Source: Candidatus Bathyarchaeota archaeon (GTDB taxonomy: Archaea; Thermoproteota; Bathyarchaeia; Bathyarchaeales; Bathycorpusculaceae). From it: a stretch of 64,000 nt of DNA. Position numbers and translations under genes: made by a program. Shown here one piece after another: positions 32,708-42,850 of the stretch. The notes below the pieces were generated by a model. That model did no database searches, was not told the DNA's origin, and saw only the letters and a program-made list of their open reading frames with translations. Location of the stretch: NCBI GenBank assembly GCA_963775465.1, contig CAVZIW010000009.1, forward strand, positions 39,742 through 103,741, read 5' to 3'. Each line of letters begins with the position of its first letter. The stretch's first letter is position 1.

Positions 32708-32861
32708 TGGTCGGGAGAGCAGGATTTGAACCTGCGACAGCTCGGTATCTGTGGCCTAGACAGGCTAGAATGAAGCCCACCATGGGTAGACCTCTACAGC
32801 TTCTCCGCCAGCTAAGCATGTTAGCCAGCTCGAGAGCTCTGCCAGGCTGAGCTACCTCCCG
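32708..32861 (-). tRNA. tRNA-Tyr(GTA) with two BHB introns (30/31: 32801-32830; 37/38: 32747-32793), CCA encoded
   Basis: Spliced: CGGGAGG TA GCTCAGCCTGGCAGAGC T CTCGG CTGTAGA CCGAG CTGTC GCAGG TTCAAAT CCTGC TCTCCCG A CCA; C1-G72/A73 are archaeal Tyr identity elements. Confidence 0.92.
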
Positions 32862-32959
32862 ACAGAATCCATAAAGACAAAAGAAGAGCATTTATGTGTT
32901 TTGGAACTACAACCACTCTAAATGATATACTAAATGTTTTAATCTCTTAGTAAGACAGA

Positions 32960-33943
32960 TTGATTAAGGGTTGCAGTTTGACAAAAACAATTGGTATTGT
33001 TACTTCAGGCGGAGACGCACCAGGCATGAACGCCGCCATCCGAGCAGTTACCCGTGTAGCTCATTTAAAAGGCTATCAAGTAATTGGGTTTGAACACGGT
33101 TGGGATGGATTATTGAGGAACTCTTTCAAAAAGCTAACTCCCAGAAGCGTCGGCGGAATTATCCAGTTAGGCGGCACCATACTTCACACATTACGTTGCC
33201 CCACATTTGAAGAACCCGGAGCAGTCGAAAAAGGAGCAAAAACATTATCCAAAAACGATGTCGATGGACTAGTCGTAATTGGCGGAGACGGCTCCTTTAA
33301 AGGCGCTTCAAGCTTGAGCAAAGTCAGCGACACATCCATGGTTGGGATACCTGCAACGATTGACAACGATGTTTATGGAACAGATGAAACAATAGGATTC
33401 GACACCGCAGTCAACACAGCAGTCGGCGCCATCGACAAGATTAGGGATACAGCAATTTCTCATGAACGCATCTTCATCGTCGAAGTCATGGGACGAAAAA
33501 GAGGATTCTTAGCATTAGAAGTAGGCATCTGCGTCGGCGCCGAAGTCATTCTGATACCTGAAAACCCAGTCAAAGTTGACGGAATCTTAAAAGTCATGGA
33601 GCAAAATTCTAAAAAAGGCAAAAAAGCAGGAATAATCGTTGCAGCTGAAGGAATCGGCGACACAAGCCAATTAACAAAGCAAATCCAAAACCAGACTGGA
33701 GCAGAAGTCAGGCTATCAATTCTCGGCTACGCACAAAGAGGAGGAAGTCCAACAGCCCGCAGCCGTTTACTAGCAAGCCTTTTCGCTGAAAAAGCTGTTG
33801 AACTCATCGTTAAGGGACAAGGAAACAAAGCAGTAGGCTTACTAGAGGGAGAAATAGCAAGCATCAACCTTGAAGAAGCTGCAGAAAAATGCAAACCCAT
33901 CGATTTGCGGTTACTTGATGTTGCAGACATGTTAGCAACTTAA
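32960..33943 (+). CDS. pfkA: ATP-dependent 6-phosphofructokinase, PfkA family
   Basis: TSGGDAPGMNAAIR, IGGDGS, PATIDND, EVMGR, LGYAQRGG. Confidence 0.95.
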   Translation: MIKGCSLTKTIGIVTSGGDAPGMNAAIRAVTRVAHLKGYQVIGFEHGWDGLLRNSFKKLTPRSVGGIIQLGGTILHTLRCPTFEEPGAVEKGAKTLSKNDVDGLVVIGGDGSFKGASSLSKVSDTSMVGIPATIDNDVYGTDETIGFDTAVNTAVGAIDKIRDTAISHERIFIVEVMGRKRGFLALEVGICVGAEVILIPENPVKVDGILKVMEQNSKKGKKAGIIVAAEGIGDTSQLTKQIQNQTGAEVRLSILGYAQRGGSPTARSRLLASLFAEKAVELIVKGQGNKAVGLLEGEIASINLEEAAEKCKPIDLRLLDVADMLAT

Positions 33944-33966
33944 ACTTCCTTTTTTAGCAACTATTT

Positions 33967-35214
33967 TCAGAGTAACGATTCGTAGATCCTAATAGTTTCT
34001 TCAGCTACCTTGCGCCATGTAAAATACTCGATTACTCGTCTTCTGCCGTTTTCTCCCCAATTTTTAGCCTTCAACGGGTCACGCAATGTTTCTATTATGC
34101 CCCAAGCGATGTCAGCGGGGTTCTCGCCGTTAATGTGAAGGCCATTTTGTTCAGTTCCACTGTTAACAACCTGTTCTTTGAATCCTACATTTCCTCGAGC
34201 ACCCACAACCACGGGTTTCTCCATTGACATGGCTTCCAAACTTACAATTCCGAAGGGTTCGTAAATAGACGGAAATACACATAGGTCAGATGCTGCATAA
34301 TGGATGATTCGCTCTTTTTCTGAGACAAAATCAAAGCGGTAAACAACATTGTTTTTTATGTTCATTCTATCTGCTGTTTCAACGATGTCGGTTTGTTCTT
34401 CGCCTTTCCCCAAGATCACTAGTTTCGTATTGGGGTATTCCTTGAGAACTAGAGTCATTGCCTGCAACAAGTTGCGGACCCCTTTGACCCAAGTGAGCCT
34501 ACCAACAAACAATATCATGTTCCAGTCTTTTGGCACGCCATATTTTTGTCTAATTTGATCGATTTCTGATTTTTGAACCTTAGAAGGATCATAAATATCA
34601 GGGTCAACACCGTTCCAAACAACGCTGATTTTGGATTGAGACCAACCATGCTTGATAAGATCATCCCGCATAGAGTAGCTAACGGTTATTATTCTATCTG
34701 AATTTTCAGCGATAGCTCGTTCAAAATGTGAAACCACCCCAGATCCTTCTCCCCCGCTTCTTCCCCATTCAGTACTATGGGTATGGAAAACTACGGGAAT
34801 TTTAGTTTCGTTTTTTACTACCAATCCAGCAATGCTACTTAACCAATCGTGGACACATACAACATCAAAATGATAGTTTTCCTTTTTTATTAGCCCATTT
34901 ATGAACTTCGCTGAGCTTAAAATATTGTAGATAAAAATATCGTTGAAAAGTCTGATGTTGGTGCCCCATTTTTTTAGGTCATCAACCACAAAGTAAGGCC
35001 AGACATTGCTTGCGTCAGTGATTTGGGGCCGATGAACCTCCACACCCTTCATTATTTCTCTGGTTTTTAACCCATTGTTATTCAATGTAAAAACTGAGAC
35101 GTCATGACCTATATCGACAAATTGCTGAGTCAAGTATTCTGCATATGTTCCTAAACCGCCGACAAGTTGCGGTGGATACTCCCAAACAAAGAAGCCTATC
35201 CTCAAAAAAGCCAC
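33967..35214 (-). CDS. GT4 glycosyltransferase (glycogen-synthase-like)
   Basis: WEYPP..VGGLG, HDW, HSTE.GR, FVGRL..VKG, PSIYEPFGIVSLEAM. Confidence 0.9.
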   Translation of the reverse strand: MAFLRIGFFVWEYPPQLVGGLGTYAEYLTQQFVDIGHDVSVFTLNNNGLKTREIMKGVEVHRPQITDASNVWPYFVVDDLKKWGTNIRLFNDIFIYNILSSAKFINGLIKKENYHFDVVCVHDWLSSIAGLVVKNETKIPVVFHTHSTEWGRSGGEGSGVVSHFERAIAENSDRIITVSYSMRDDLIKHGWSQSKISVVWNGVDPDIYDPSKVQKSEIDQIRQKYGVPKDWNMILFVGRLTWVKGVRNLLQAMTLVLKEYPNTKLVILGKGEEQTDIVETADRMNIKNNVVYRFDFVSEKERIIHYAASDLCVFPSIYEPFGIVSLEAMSMEKPVVVGARGNVGFKEQVVNSGTEQNGLHINGENPADIAWGIIETLRDPLKAKNWGENGRRRVIEYFTWRKVAEETIRIYESLL

Positions 35215-35417
35215 CTTATATTTTAATTCAATAGTACTTGAAGACTATTTATGTCTTAATTACATCAACTACTGATTCCCAATAAGCCAAATTTTATTTT
35301 GAAGGATAATAATTGATTAGTCACGGTGCACGTTTTGAAGTCAGCATTGATAACGATTGAAGAATTGACAAAAACAAAAGCAGAATCCCAACAAGTATCA
35401 AAAAATAACGCGATGAA

Positions 35418-35714
35418 GTGTTTGCTATGGTAACAGCTATAAATTTACCATTCCGGGTCTACGAGGATTTAGCTCGTGTTTCTGCAGAGTTTTCTTTGAT
35501 GGCTAAAAAACCTGTGTCTCAATCGATGGCTATTGATCTCTTAATGGAAATTTACCGTGCACACATGAACAATCCATGTGCATTAGATACCTTTAGTCAG
35601 CAACTCAGAAGCTTAGATCTTATGACACCAGAAGAGTTTGACAAGTACTGGGATGAACCCGTAAAAACTCAAGCAACAAAACCCAAAAATAAGCGCAAGA
35701 AAAAACCGTCTTAA
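35418..35714 (+). CDS. Hypothetical protein
   Basis: 98-aa ORF filling the gap between two genes; basic tail. Confidence 0.55.
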   Translation: MFAMVTAINLPFRVYEDLARVSAEFSLMAKKPVSQSMAIDLLMEIYRAHMNNPCALDTFSQQLRSLDLMTPEEFDKYWDEPVKTQATKPKNKRKKKPS

Positions 35715-36274
35715 ATATGGAATTTTCGAATATTCTGTAGCAAGCGATCTGCTAGTTCTTCAGGCAACATTTCTCGATTGGCCAAGTTCACGAAAAAAAT
35801 CTCTGAGTCAGATCTTTGCTTTGCCATAGCTATTAATGGGTCTTTGGATTTAGAGTGTATAACAGCCAACACAAACTTCTTGCTCTCCAACGCTCGTTCT
35901 GCCGAAAGCTTGAAATTATGAGAGTATAACTCCATTGGCCCTATTTCATCAACTGCTACGATTTCACATTTTTCAATAGCATCGTCAATTGCTTCTTTAC
36001 CAATTTTATCCAAGCCCTCAAGGTTAATATTGTATCGACCAACTTTGGGGCCACTACCTTGATTCACATGAGCTAACCACCCCCGCTTGCCGGTGGTTAG
36101 ATCAGAGATTTCAAAGCCTACACGAATACCGTTTTCGCGAATTTCATTGCTAATCATACCCCCAACGGTAATTCCTCTCGCTCTTAGACCTTCAACGGTC
36201 TTAATGAGCACGGTTGTTTTACCAACTCCAGGCAAACCAGTTAGTAGAATAACGCGTTTCGCCACTTTTTCCAC
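35711..36274 (-). CDS. Nucleoside triphosphatase (NTPase_1/THEP1)
   Basis: LTGLPGVGKTT, VDEIGPMEL. Confidence 0.92.
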   Translation of the reverse strand: MEKVAKRVILLTGLPGVGKTTVLIKTVEGLRARGITVGGMISNEIRENGIRVGFEISDLTTGKRGWLAHVNQGSGPKVGRYNINLEGLDKIGKEAIDDAIEKCEIVAVDEIGPMELYSHNFKLSAERALESKKFVLAVIHSKSKDPLIAMAKQRSDSEIFFVNLANREMLPEELADRLLQNIRKFHI

Positions 36275-36340
36275 CTAAGAATAGGAAGTCTAATATTGTG
36301 ATAAAATTCTTTTCATACCCACCTCTGGGGCATCTTTCCA

Positions 36341-37561
36341 ATGGCAAAACAAGAAGAGTATGAATGTGATTTTCCAAGTGAAATCATCCATGAAGGCAAA
36401 GTGCAAGTTTTGGTACCTAAACTCTCTGCCTACGGGGTAGTACCCAGTGACTATGCACCCTCTAAAGCTCCAGTGTTCTACAATCCAGTCATGGAATTCA
36501 ACCGAGACCTTACCATACTCGTTTTCAAGGCTTACCAGCACCTTGTCGAAAGAGAAATTACAATCTGTGAACCGTTAACTAGTCAAGGTATACGCGGAAT
36601 CCGTTATGCCGCTGAAATCGACAACGTGAAAAGCGTTTTATTAAGTGACATAAACAAACACGCCCATGATTTGGCAACCTATAATATTAGACTAAACAAA
36701 CTTGAAGACAAAATCATTATCATGTACAAGGATGCAAACTGCGTTTTAAGCTGCAATGCCTCGCCAAAAAAACGCTTTGAAATTATTGATATTGACCCCT
36801 TTGGGACACCGGTTCCTTATTTGGATTCATCATTTCGCGCCCTCAAAAACAAAGGGTTGATTGCGGCAACAGCAACTGATTTGGCTCCGCTTTGCGGAGT
36901 TCACTCTAAAGCTTGTGTTCGAAAATACGGCGGCAAACCTTTGCGAACTGAATATTGTCATGAATTGGCCATTAGGCTCTTGACTGGCTGTATGGCTGCT
37001 ACAGCGGCGAAACATGATATTGGCATCCGAGTGGTATTTAGTCACAGCAGTGACCATTACATTCGAGTTTACGTTCAAATCGGCTATGGATGCCAAAAAG
37101 CCGATGAAAGCCTCAAAAACACAGGTTACATCCTGCACTGTTTTAGCTGCATGCATCGAGAAATTACACGTCAACCTTTCAGCAATTTTATGTGCCCCGA
37201 ATGCGGAGGTAAGATGGATTATGCAGGACCTCTATGGACTGGCGCAATTTCTGATGCAGAGTTTGTCCAAGCCATAATTAATGAAAACCAAAATACTGAA
37301 CTTAAGAACAATGCAAGAATAAACAAACTTCTAAACTTCGTCAAAAAAGAAGCTAATCTGCCAGCAACGTACTATGTCATCGATAAGCTTGGTGGAAAAC
37401 TAAATTTGCCCTCACCAAGCAATCAATCCTTTCTTAAAGCATTAGAGAATGCGGGTTTTCAAGCGGTACCCACACATTTCAACCCCCGCGGCATAAAAAC
37501 AGACGCCCCAGCTTTAGCAATGCATAGAATTCTTAAAGACTTAGTATCAGCAAGTAAGTAA
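36341..37561 (+). CDS. trm1: tRNA (guanine26-N2)-dimethyltransferase
   Basis: VFYNPVMEFNRD, GIRGIRY, IDIDPFGTP, TATD.APLCG, GPLW.G, THF.P.GIKTDAP. Confidence 0.96.
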   Translation: MAKQEEYECDFPSEIIHEGKVQVLVPKLSAYGVVPSDYAPSKAPVFYNPVMEFNRDLTILVFKAYQHLVEREITICEPLTSQGIRGIRYAAEIDNVKSVLLSDINKHAHDLATYNIRLNKLEDKIIIMYKDANCVLSCNASPKKRFEIIDIDPFGTPVPYLDSSFRALKNKGLIAATATDLAPLCGVHSKACVRKYGGKPLRTEYCHELAIRLLTGCMAATAAKHDIGIRVVFSHSSDHYIRVYVQIGYGCQKADESLKNTGYILHCFSCMHREITRQPFSNFMCPECGGKMDYAGPLWTGAISDAEFVQAIINENQNTELKNNARINKLLNFVKKEANLPATYYVIDKLGGKLNLPSPSNQSFLKALENAGFQAVPTHFNPRGIKTDAPALAMHRILKDLVSASK

Positions 37562-37674
37562 AACATTAAATGTAACAGTCTAATTGACTTCAGGTTCCCA
37601 CTTTAAGAGCTGATTTTCCATCGAAAGTTTAAAGAGTAAAATCAATGTTTTAACAAGAATAACGTGAACAAATA

Positions 37675-38481
37675 ATGAATAATAAAATCGCAATTATCGG
37701 CGCAGGCATGATGGGCAACGCTATTATCAAAAGCCTTGTTAAAGGCAAATATGTAGGCAAAATTACTGCCGTAGACATTGCAGCTGAAAAACTTGAAGAC
37801 TTAGAGAAAATCGGCGTAAAGATTTCTTCTGATAACCGCAAATCGACAGCTGATGCAGATATAATCTTCATAATCGTTAAACCAGGAGATGTTGCAAAGG
37901 TGCTAAAGGAAGTCAGCAAAGAAATCAAGGGCAAACTGCTAATTTCCGCTGCTGCTACGGTACCTTTGAAATTTTTAGTTAATAATGCACCTGACGCTAA
38001 AGTTGTTAGAATAATGCCCAACTTGGGCGCGCTAGTTCAAGCTTCTTATACGGCTTTCTGTTGCGGAGAGAATGTGACAAGCAAGGATAAAGAAAAAGTT
38101 AGAACGTTGCTTAACATGATGGGTATTTGTGACGAAATCGATGAAAAGTACATGGATGCCATCACTGCAGTGAGCGGAAGTGGACCAGGTTACATGTCAA
38201 TTATAATTGAAGCCTTAACTTACGCAGGATTAAAAGTTGGGCTTCCCAGAAACATCGCATTAAAAGCCGCAGCGCAAACCGTTATGGCTACAGGCAAACT
38301 CATAGTAGAGCTAAACGAAGAACCCAGCAAAATAAAAGACATGACCACCACCCCCGGCGGAACAACAATCGAAGCAATATACCAAATTGAACAAAGCCAA
38401 ATCCGCCCCGGCATGATACGCGCCATTGAAGAAGCCACAAAAAAAAGCCAAGCCATCAGAGAAAAACTAAACCTCACATAG
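37675..38481 (+). CDS. proC: Pyrroline-5-carboxylate reductase
   Basis: IIGAGMMG, VRIMPN, TAVSGSGPGY, TTPGGTTI. Confidence 0.95.
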   Translation: MNNKIAIIGAGMMGNAIIKSLVKGKYVGKITAVDIAAEKLEDLEKIGVKISSDNRKSTADADIIFIIVKPGDVAKVLKEVSKEIKGKLLISAAATVPLKFLVNNAPDAKVVRIMPNLGALVQASYTAFCCGENVTSKDKEKVRTLLNMMGICDEIDEKYMDAITAVSGSGPGYMSIIIEALTYAGLKVGLPRNIALKAAAQTVMATGKLIVELNEEPSKIKDMTTTPGGTTIEAIYQIEQSQIRPGMIRAIEEATKKSQAIREKLNLT

Positions 38482-38490
38482 AGAAATAGC

Positions 38491-39147
38491 ATGTTTGAAG
38501 CTGCAATTTTTGATTGGGATGGCACATTAGCTGACACCCGCGAAGTCATCGTTATCTCTTTCCGCAGAGCGCTCTCCGAAGTTGGGTGCAAAGTCGATGA
38601 CGAGTTTGTGGAGCGACGGATGGGAATCGGCGCTGCGGAGACATTTCGAGAAATTTTGCGTTCAAAAGGGATACTGTTTGATGAGAAGTTTATTGGACGT
38701 TTAGTTGATCGTAAGAGCATAATTGAGATTGAACTCTCTGGTCAAGTGGAACTGTTTGAAGGGGCTATAGAACTGCTGGAAGCTTTACAGGGAAAAGTCA
38801 AGGTTAGCTTAGCCTCGATGAACAATCAATCAGTCATAAAACATATGTTAAGAGCGATGGATTTAGAGAAGTACTTTCAAAGAGTATTAACTGCCGAGTC
38901 AATTACCCATTCTAAGCCTAACCCAGAAATTTTTCTTAAAACCGCAAAAGCGCTTAAAGCAAGTCCTGAACAGTGTGTGGTTTTTGAAGATTCAATCTTT
39001 GGGGTGAAAGCAGCCAAGGTTGGAAACATGGGTTGCATCGCCGTAACCACTGGCGTGTACAATCGAAAAGAGTTAGAAACTGAAAATCCCGATTTAACGG
39101 TTAAAACCCTAAAAGACCCCCGTATTCTTCCCTTCATTTTGCGGTAG
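38491..39147 (+). CDS. HAD-superfamily phosphatase (beta-PGM-like)
   Basis: FDWDGTLAD, SKPNPEIF, VFEDS..GV. Confidence 0.92.
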   Translation: MFEAAIFDWDGTLADTREVIVISFRRALSEVGCKVDDEFVERRMGIGAAETFREILRSKGILFDEKFIGRLVDRKSIIEIELSGQVELFEGAIELLEALQGKVKVSLASMNNQSVIKHMLRAMDLEKYFQRVLTAESITHSKPNPEIFLKTAKALKASPEQCVVFEDSIFGVKAAKVGNMGCIAVTTGVYNRKELETENPDLTVKTLKDPRILPFILR

Positions 39148-39253
39148 CGCCTTGTGGTTGCGTCTTGACAGTCACATAGCTTTAAACATTTTTCGCTACA
39201 ATATACAATTACTCGACACTGAAAGGAAAAATATAGTTATTGAGGTATTTTTA

Positions 39254-39496
39254 ATGTCTAGAAAAATAAAGCCATCAATTTTCCAAGTATTATTACTCAA
39301 CAACAAAAGCCAAGATGTAGAAGTGCAAGAGTCAGAGCAAGTAGATTTTAGTCAAGTCAAAGAACATCTAAAAAACGGCGGATCAGTTTTTATCACAAGC
39401 AAGAATACACAAAAAATATCATTTCGCAAAACTAGAACCCAAAATAATTTAGCGTCTCATGAGAAAACGCGGTTTTGTTCTGCCATCAGCGTTTAA
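39254..39496 (+). CDS. Small hypothetical protein
   Basis: MSRKIKPSIFQV...HLKNGGSVFITSK; GAGG upstream of ATG. Confidence 0.55.
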   Translation: MSRKIKPSIFQVLLLNNKSQDVEVQESEQVDFSQVKEHLKNGGSVFITSKNTQKISFRKTRTQNNLASHEKTRFCSAISV

Positions 39497-39758
39497 GAAA
39501 AATATATTGTGTGGACGTGCACTCAGACAGATTTCTTTTTACCCCTCGCTTTTAAATTCTTTGGTGCACTCCACTCCCCTATCAAATATTTTCTAAAAAA
39601 GTTTTCTGCCAAAGAAAATTATAGGTTACTTAAGGATGAAAAATATTTTGTTTCTTACGTTTAGTTTGTTATTTTGGCCGCTGTGAGTATTTTTAAAATT
39701 TTAGTTTCAATCAATTGTTTTTGGTTTGGTTCAGTGGTTGAAGCCCGCGCTTAAACAA

Positions 39759-40847
39759 TTATATGCCTGGGTCTGCTTTTTGTCGTAGAGCTTTTGGAAT
39801 GTATATACATCTTGGGTCAGAACCGAAGATATCTCCTGTATAGAATAGCGCAGAAGATCGGCATCCTCCGCAGAGGTCTTTGTATTCGCATAAGCCGCAT
39901 TTTCCTTTTAAGTTGCTTTTATCTCTGATTTTGGTGTAGAATTCGCTATCCTGCATTTCTTGCCAAATCTGTTTGAGCGGCTTGTTTTTGATGTTGCTGA
40001 TGCGTATGGCATCGTTGTAACTGCATGGGATTGCATCGCCGTTTTCTGCTATGCTAAAGAATTTGCCGAAAAAGCATCTGCCTAAGAAGAAACTATTGTA
40101 CCATTTTTCAAAATCTGGTATTTCACGTTGTTTGGCTACACGAGCATAGAAAGGAATATAGACGTTTATGGCTGGTTTGCCGTCGTATTCCTGGGTCAAA
40201 TCGTAGAGTTTGTTACATAACCATTCATACTGGGCAGGTGTAGGATCAGCTTTGAGGTTATCTGTGTCGCTGCTGTAAGGAATCATTCCATGGAAGACCA
40301 CCCAGCGCGCGCCAAACCGTTTAGCCAAATCCAACACATGCCGCATATCCTCTTCATTAACATTCGAAAAACCTTCGCCGTTGGCAAACGTGTAAACCAG
40401 AACGTTTAGCAGGTTTTCGCGCACGAGTTTCTCAATTAGCGTGACCGCTGCTTTGTAGGCGCCTTTACCGCGGATGGCATCGTTTGTTGCCTGGTTTCCA
40501 TCGATGCTTACTGAAATTTTGGTTTGATTTTTAACTATGTTTCGGAAGGCTCTCTCATCGAGCATGCGACCGTCCGTTATGATGCTTGTGCTTAATCCTT
40601 TCTCTGTGGCGTAATCCAGAACTTCAAAGAGATCCTTCCGCAAAAAAGGCTGCCCACCAGTAATCCCAAAGAAGCTTGCACCAAAATCTGCAATTTGATC
40701 CACCATTTTTTTGGCGTCTTCAGTGCCAATTTCATCATCGCATGCGGATTTTCCTGCTGAAGTGCAATGAATGCAGCCGCTGTCGCAGCCAAAGGTGCAT
40801 CGCCAAGGAACAATTAGAACTGGACCTTTACCTGTCAAGCTATCCAC
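39759..40847 (-). CDS. Radical SAM / SPASM protein
   Basis: CDSGCIHC (CxxxCxxC), TGGQPFLR.D, SIDG, SPASM C..C.Y...CGGCR...DP.C. Confidence 0.92.
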   Translation of the reverse strand: MDSLTGKGPVLIVPWRCTFGCDSGCIHCTSAGKSACDDEIGTEDAKKMVDQIADFGASFFGITGGQPFLRKDLFEVLDYATEKGLSTSIITDGRMLDERAFRNIVKNQTKISVSIDGNQATNDAIRGKGAYKAAVTLIEKLVRENLLNVLVYTFANGEGFSNVNEEDMRHVLDLAKRFGARWVVFHGMIPYSSDTDNLKADPTPAQYEWLCNKLYDLTQEYDGKPAINVYIPFYARVAKQREIPDFEKWYNSFFLGRCFFGKFFSIAENGDAIPCSYNDAIRISNIKNKPLKQIWQEMQDSEFYTKIRDKSNLKGKCGLCEYKDLCGGCRSSALFYTGDIFGSDPRCIYIPKALRQKADPGI

Positions 40848-40917
40848 TTCCCGTTATCCAACCAATATATTGTATTTAATATTTTCATGGTTAATTGCCA
40901 ATTTATTTGATTAAAGT

Positions 40918-41913
40918 TTATAGACGGTAGAGGTTTCCGACACTGTTCCAAACAAAACCATCTGGGAATGCTTGAGATATGGCAAGGATAGCTCTCCATC
41001 CTGTGCAGTGAGAAGGTGCAACTAAGCTTGGTTTCACTTTAATTAATTCAGCTATGGTAGATTCGATTCTATCTTCGAATCCTCTACCAGCCAAATGAAA
41101 GCCTCCGAAAACCGCATAAACAGTGCTTGTCCCAGTAATTTCCATAGCATAGTTGATGGTGTTTATTATGCCTGCATGGGCACATCCTGAGAGCACAACT
41201 AAACCTTTGTCTTTAATGTTAATTACAACGGCGCGGTCATCAACTATTAAAGGATCCGGCTGCCAAACACCATCAACAAGAACTCGCTGATTCGCTAAAC
41301 CTTTCTCGAAACTTGTTTTTCGAGGAATTTCCCCGGTAATGCAAACATGTTCATTGGCAGCCAGGTGAGGCTGTTTTGTCAAGATGAGTCTATTGGACTG
41401 TAACTGTGTTTGGTTTGGGAACTTGGGGTATTCTCGGACGGTTCCGATGCGTGAGGCTGTTCCTCGAGGTTTAAACATGTCTTTATGAATAATAATTGGC
41501 AATCCTTTCTTCCCAACTGCATCGATGACGGAGAGCAAACCCCCAAAATGGTCATAGTGCCCATGAGATAGAACAACAAACCCGATCTCGCTAAGGTTCA
41601 AACTCATTGTCTGAGCGTTTTCCTTGATAGTGTTGGCGCTGCCTCCTGTGTCAAACAAGAAAGTTTCCGTTGTTTCACCGCTGAAAAGTCTAACTATCAT
41701 AGAAAAACCGTGTTCAGCTAAAGGCAATTTGGTGTGAGAATCCTGTTTTGTTTTCGGTTTAACCCATTGCCAAAATGACTGGACTTGAGGATTACTGGGA
41801 GTGGAAAGTATGTCAATGGTGTTATCAACTAGACTGATGATTTCGACTTTGTCAGTTGGTTTTAGCTTAATTTTCGTTGTTTGCATGTTTTTTGCCATTA
41901 GCATCAATCCCAC
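40918..41913 (-). CDS. Metallo-beta-lactamase-fold hydrolase
   Basis: AEHGFS, LFDTG, LSHGHYDHFGG, SGCAHAG, GGFHL, HCTG. Confidence 0.92.
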   Translation of the reverse strand: MGLMLMAKNMQTTKIKLKPTDKVEIISLVDNTIDILSTPSNPQVQSFWQWVKPKTKQDSHTKLPLAEHGFSMIVRLFSGETTETFLFDTGGSANTIKENAQTMSLNLSEIGFVVLSHGHYDHFGGLLSVIDAVGKKGLPIIIHKDMFKPRGTASRIGTVREYPKFPNQTQLQSNRLILTKQPHLAANEHVCITGEIPRKTSFEKGLANQRVLVDGVWQPDPLIVDDRAVVINIKDKGLVVLSGCAHAGIINTINYAMEITGTSTVYAVFGGFHLAGRGFEDRIESTIAELIKVKPSLVAPSHCTGWRAILAISQAFPDGFVWNSVGNLYRL

Positions 41914-42111
41914 TTTTTAAAGAGTGTCTTTCACTTTAGTTTATAAACATAATTCAGTAATAACGTTTAAGTATTAAACTATTCGCCGCCCCGATATGTT
42001 ACTTTAAATGATTAAAAGAGATTACGACAGCACATAACCAAAATAATTACAGCAGCAATAACAAAAGTCAAACTTAAATTGGTAAATAACCAGAATAGTT
42101 TGGTAAACATT

Positions 42112-42528
42112 ATGGCAAAACTAAAGGCAAATGCGAAACTTCTTGAAAATGTCCGTTTAGAAGCCGATAACGGCCGAGGACACAAAGTAATATGCGACTT
42201 ATCTGAAGCTGCCGGAGGAACAAACGCTGGTCCCTCCCCGCTTGAGCTAGCGTTAATGTCACTGGCAGGGTGCGGAGTCATCATCTATGCAGACGTATGC
42301 AAAAATAGCAAAATCGACCCCGGAAAAATCGACGTATCTATTGAAGCTGAAAAAACAGGCAGTTCCCCAACGCTAAAGGGAGTAACCATGAAAGTCAAAA
42401 TCTCCTCACCCGCGCGAAAAGGACTAGTGGCGGCAGCTTGGAGACGAACAGAAGCAAATTGCCCAGTAATGTTCGTCTACAAAGAAGCAGTGCCCGTTAA
42501 AGTTGAAACCCAAATAACAACTCAATAA
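42112..42528 (+). CDS. OsmC/Ohr-like protein
   Basis: D.....GG.NAGPSPLEL.L.SLAGC ... CPV. Confidence 0.88.
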   Translation: MAKLKANAKLLENVRLEADNGRGHKVICDLSEAAGGTNAGPSPLELALMSLAGCGVIIYADVCKNSKIDPGKIDVSIEAEKTGSSPTLKGVTMKVKISSPARKGLVAAAWRRTEANCPVMFVYKEAVPVKVETQITTQ

Positions 42529-42660
42529 ACAACTTTTTTTCTTTGTTTTGTCTTTTCGTCTCGCACGATTATGTTTAGCTGATTTTCTGCATATTCTTAA
42601 CTATAGTTTTAGCCGGATGTATTGTACAAACTCTTTTATACGCAACCCTCTTGATGTTTA

Positions 42661-42849
42661 TTGAGGGAAAGGAGAATGGAAGATGGCAGCCTAAACGTCA
42701 TCAGGGTTCTTAAATGTGATCATAAAAAACCGCATGTGTATAGGCAGCGGCAATTTGACGTTTTGAACGGTTTTGAGCTAACTTTTACCCGGTGTTTTAC
42801 CTGTCATATAGTCGTGGGGTTAGAGGCAAAGAAACTCTCTAAACATTAG
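42661..42849 (+). CDS. Small hypothetical Cys/His protein
   Basis: 62-aa ORF with C.H...H and C..C; GGAG before ATG at 42676. Confidence 0.4.
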   Translation: MRERRMEDGSLNVIRVLKCDHKKPHVYRQRQFDVLNGFELTFTRCFTCHIVVGLEAKKLSKH

Positions 42850-42850
42850 T

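Noticed and set aside
32691-32891. 66-aa ORF
   Set aside because: Overlaps the intron-containing tRNA-Tyr
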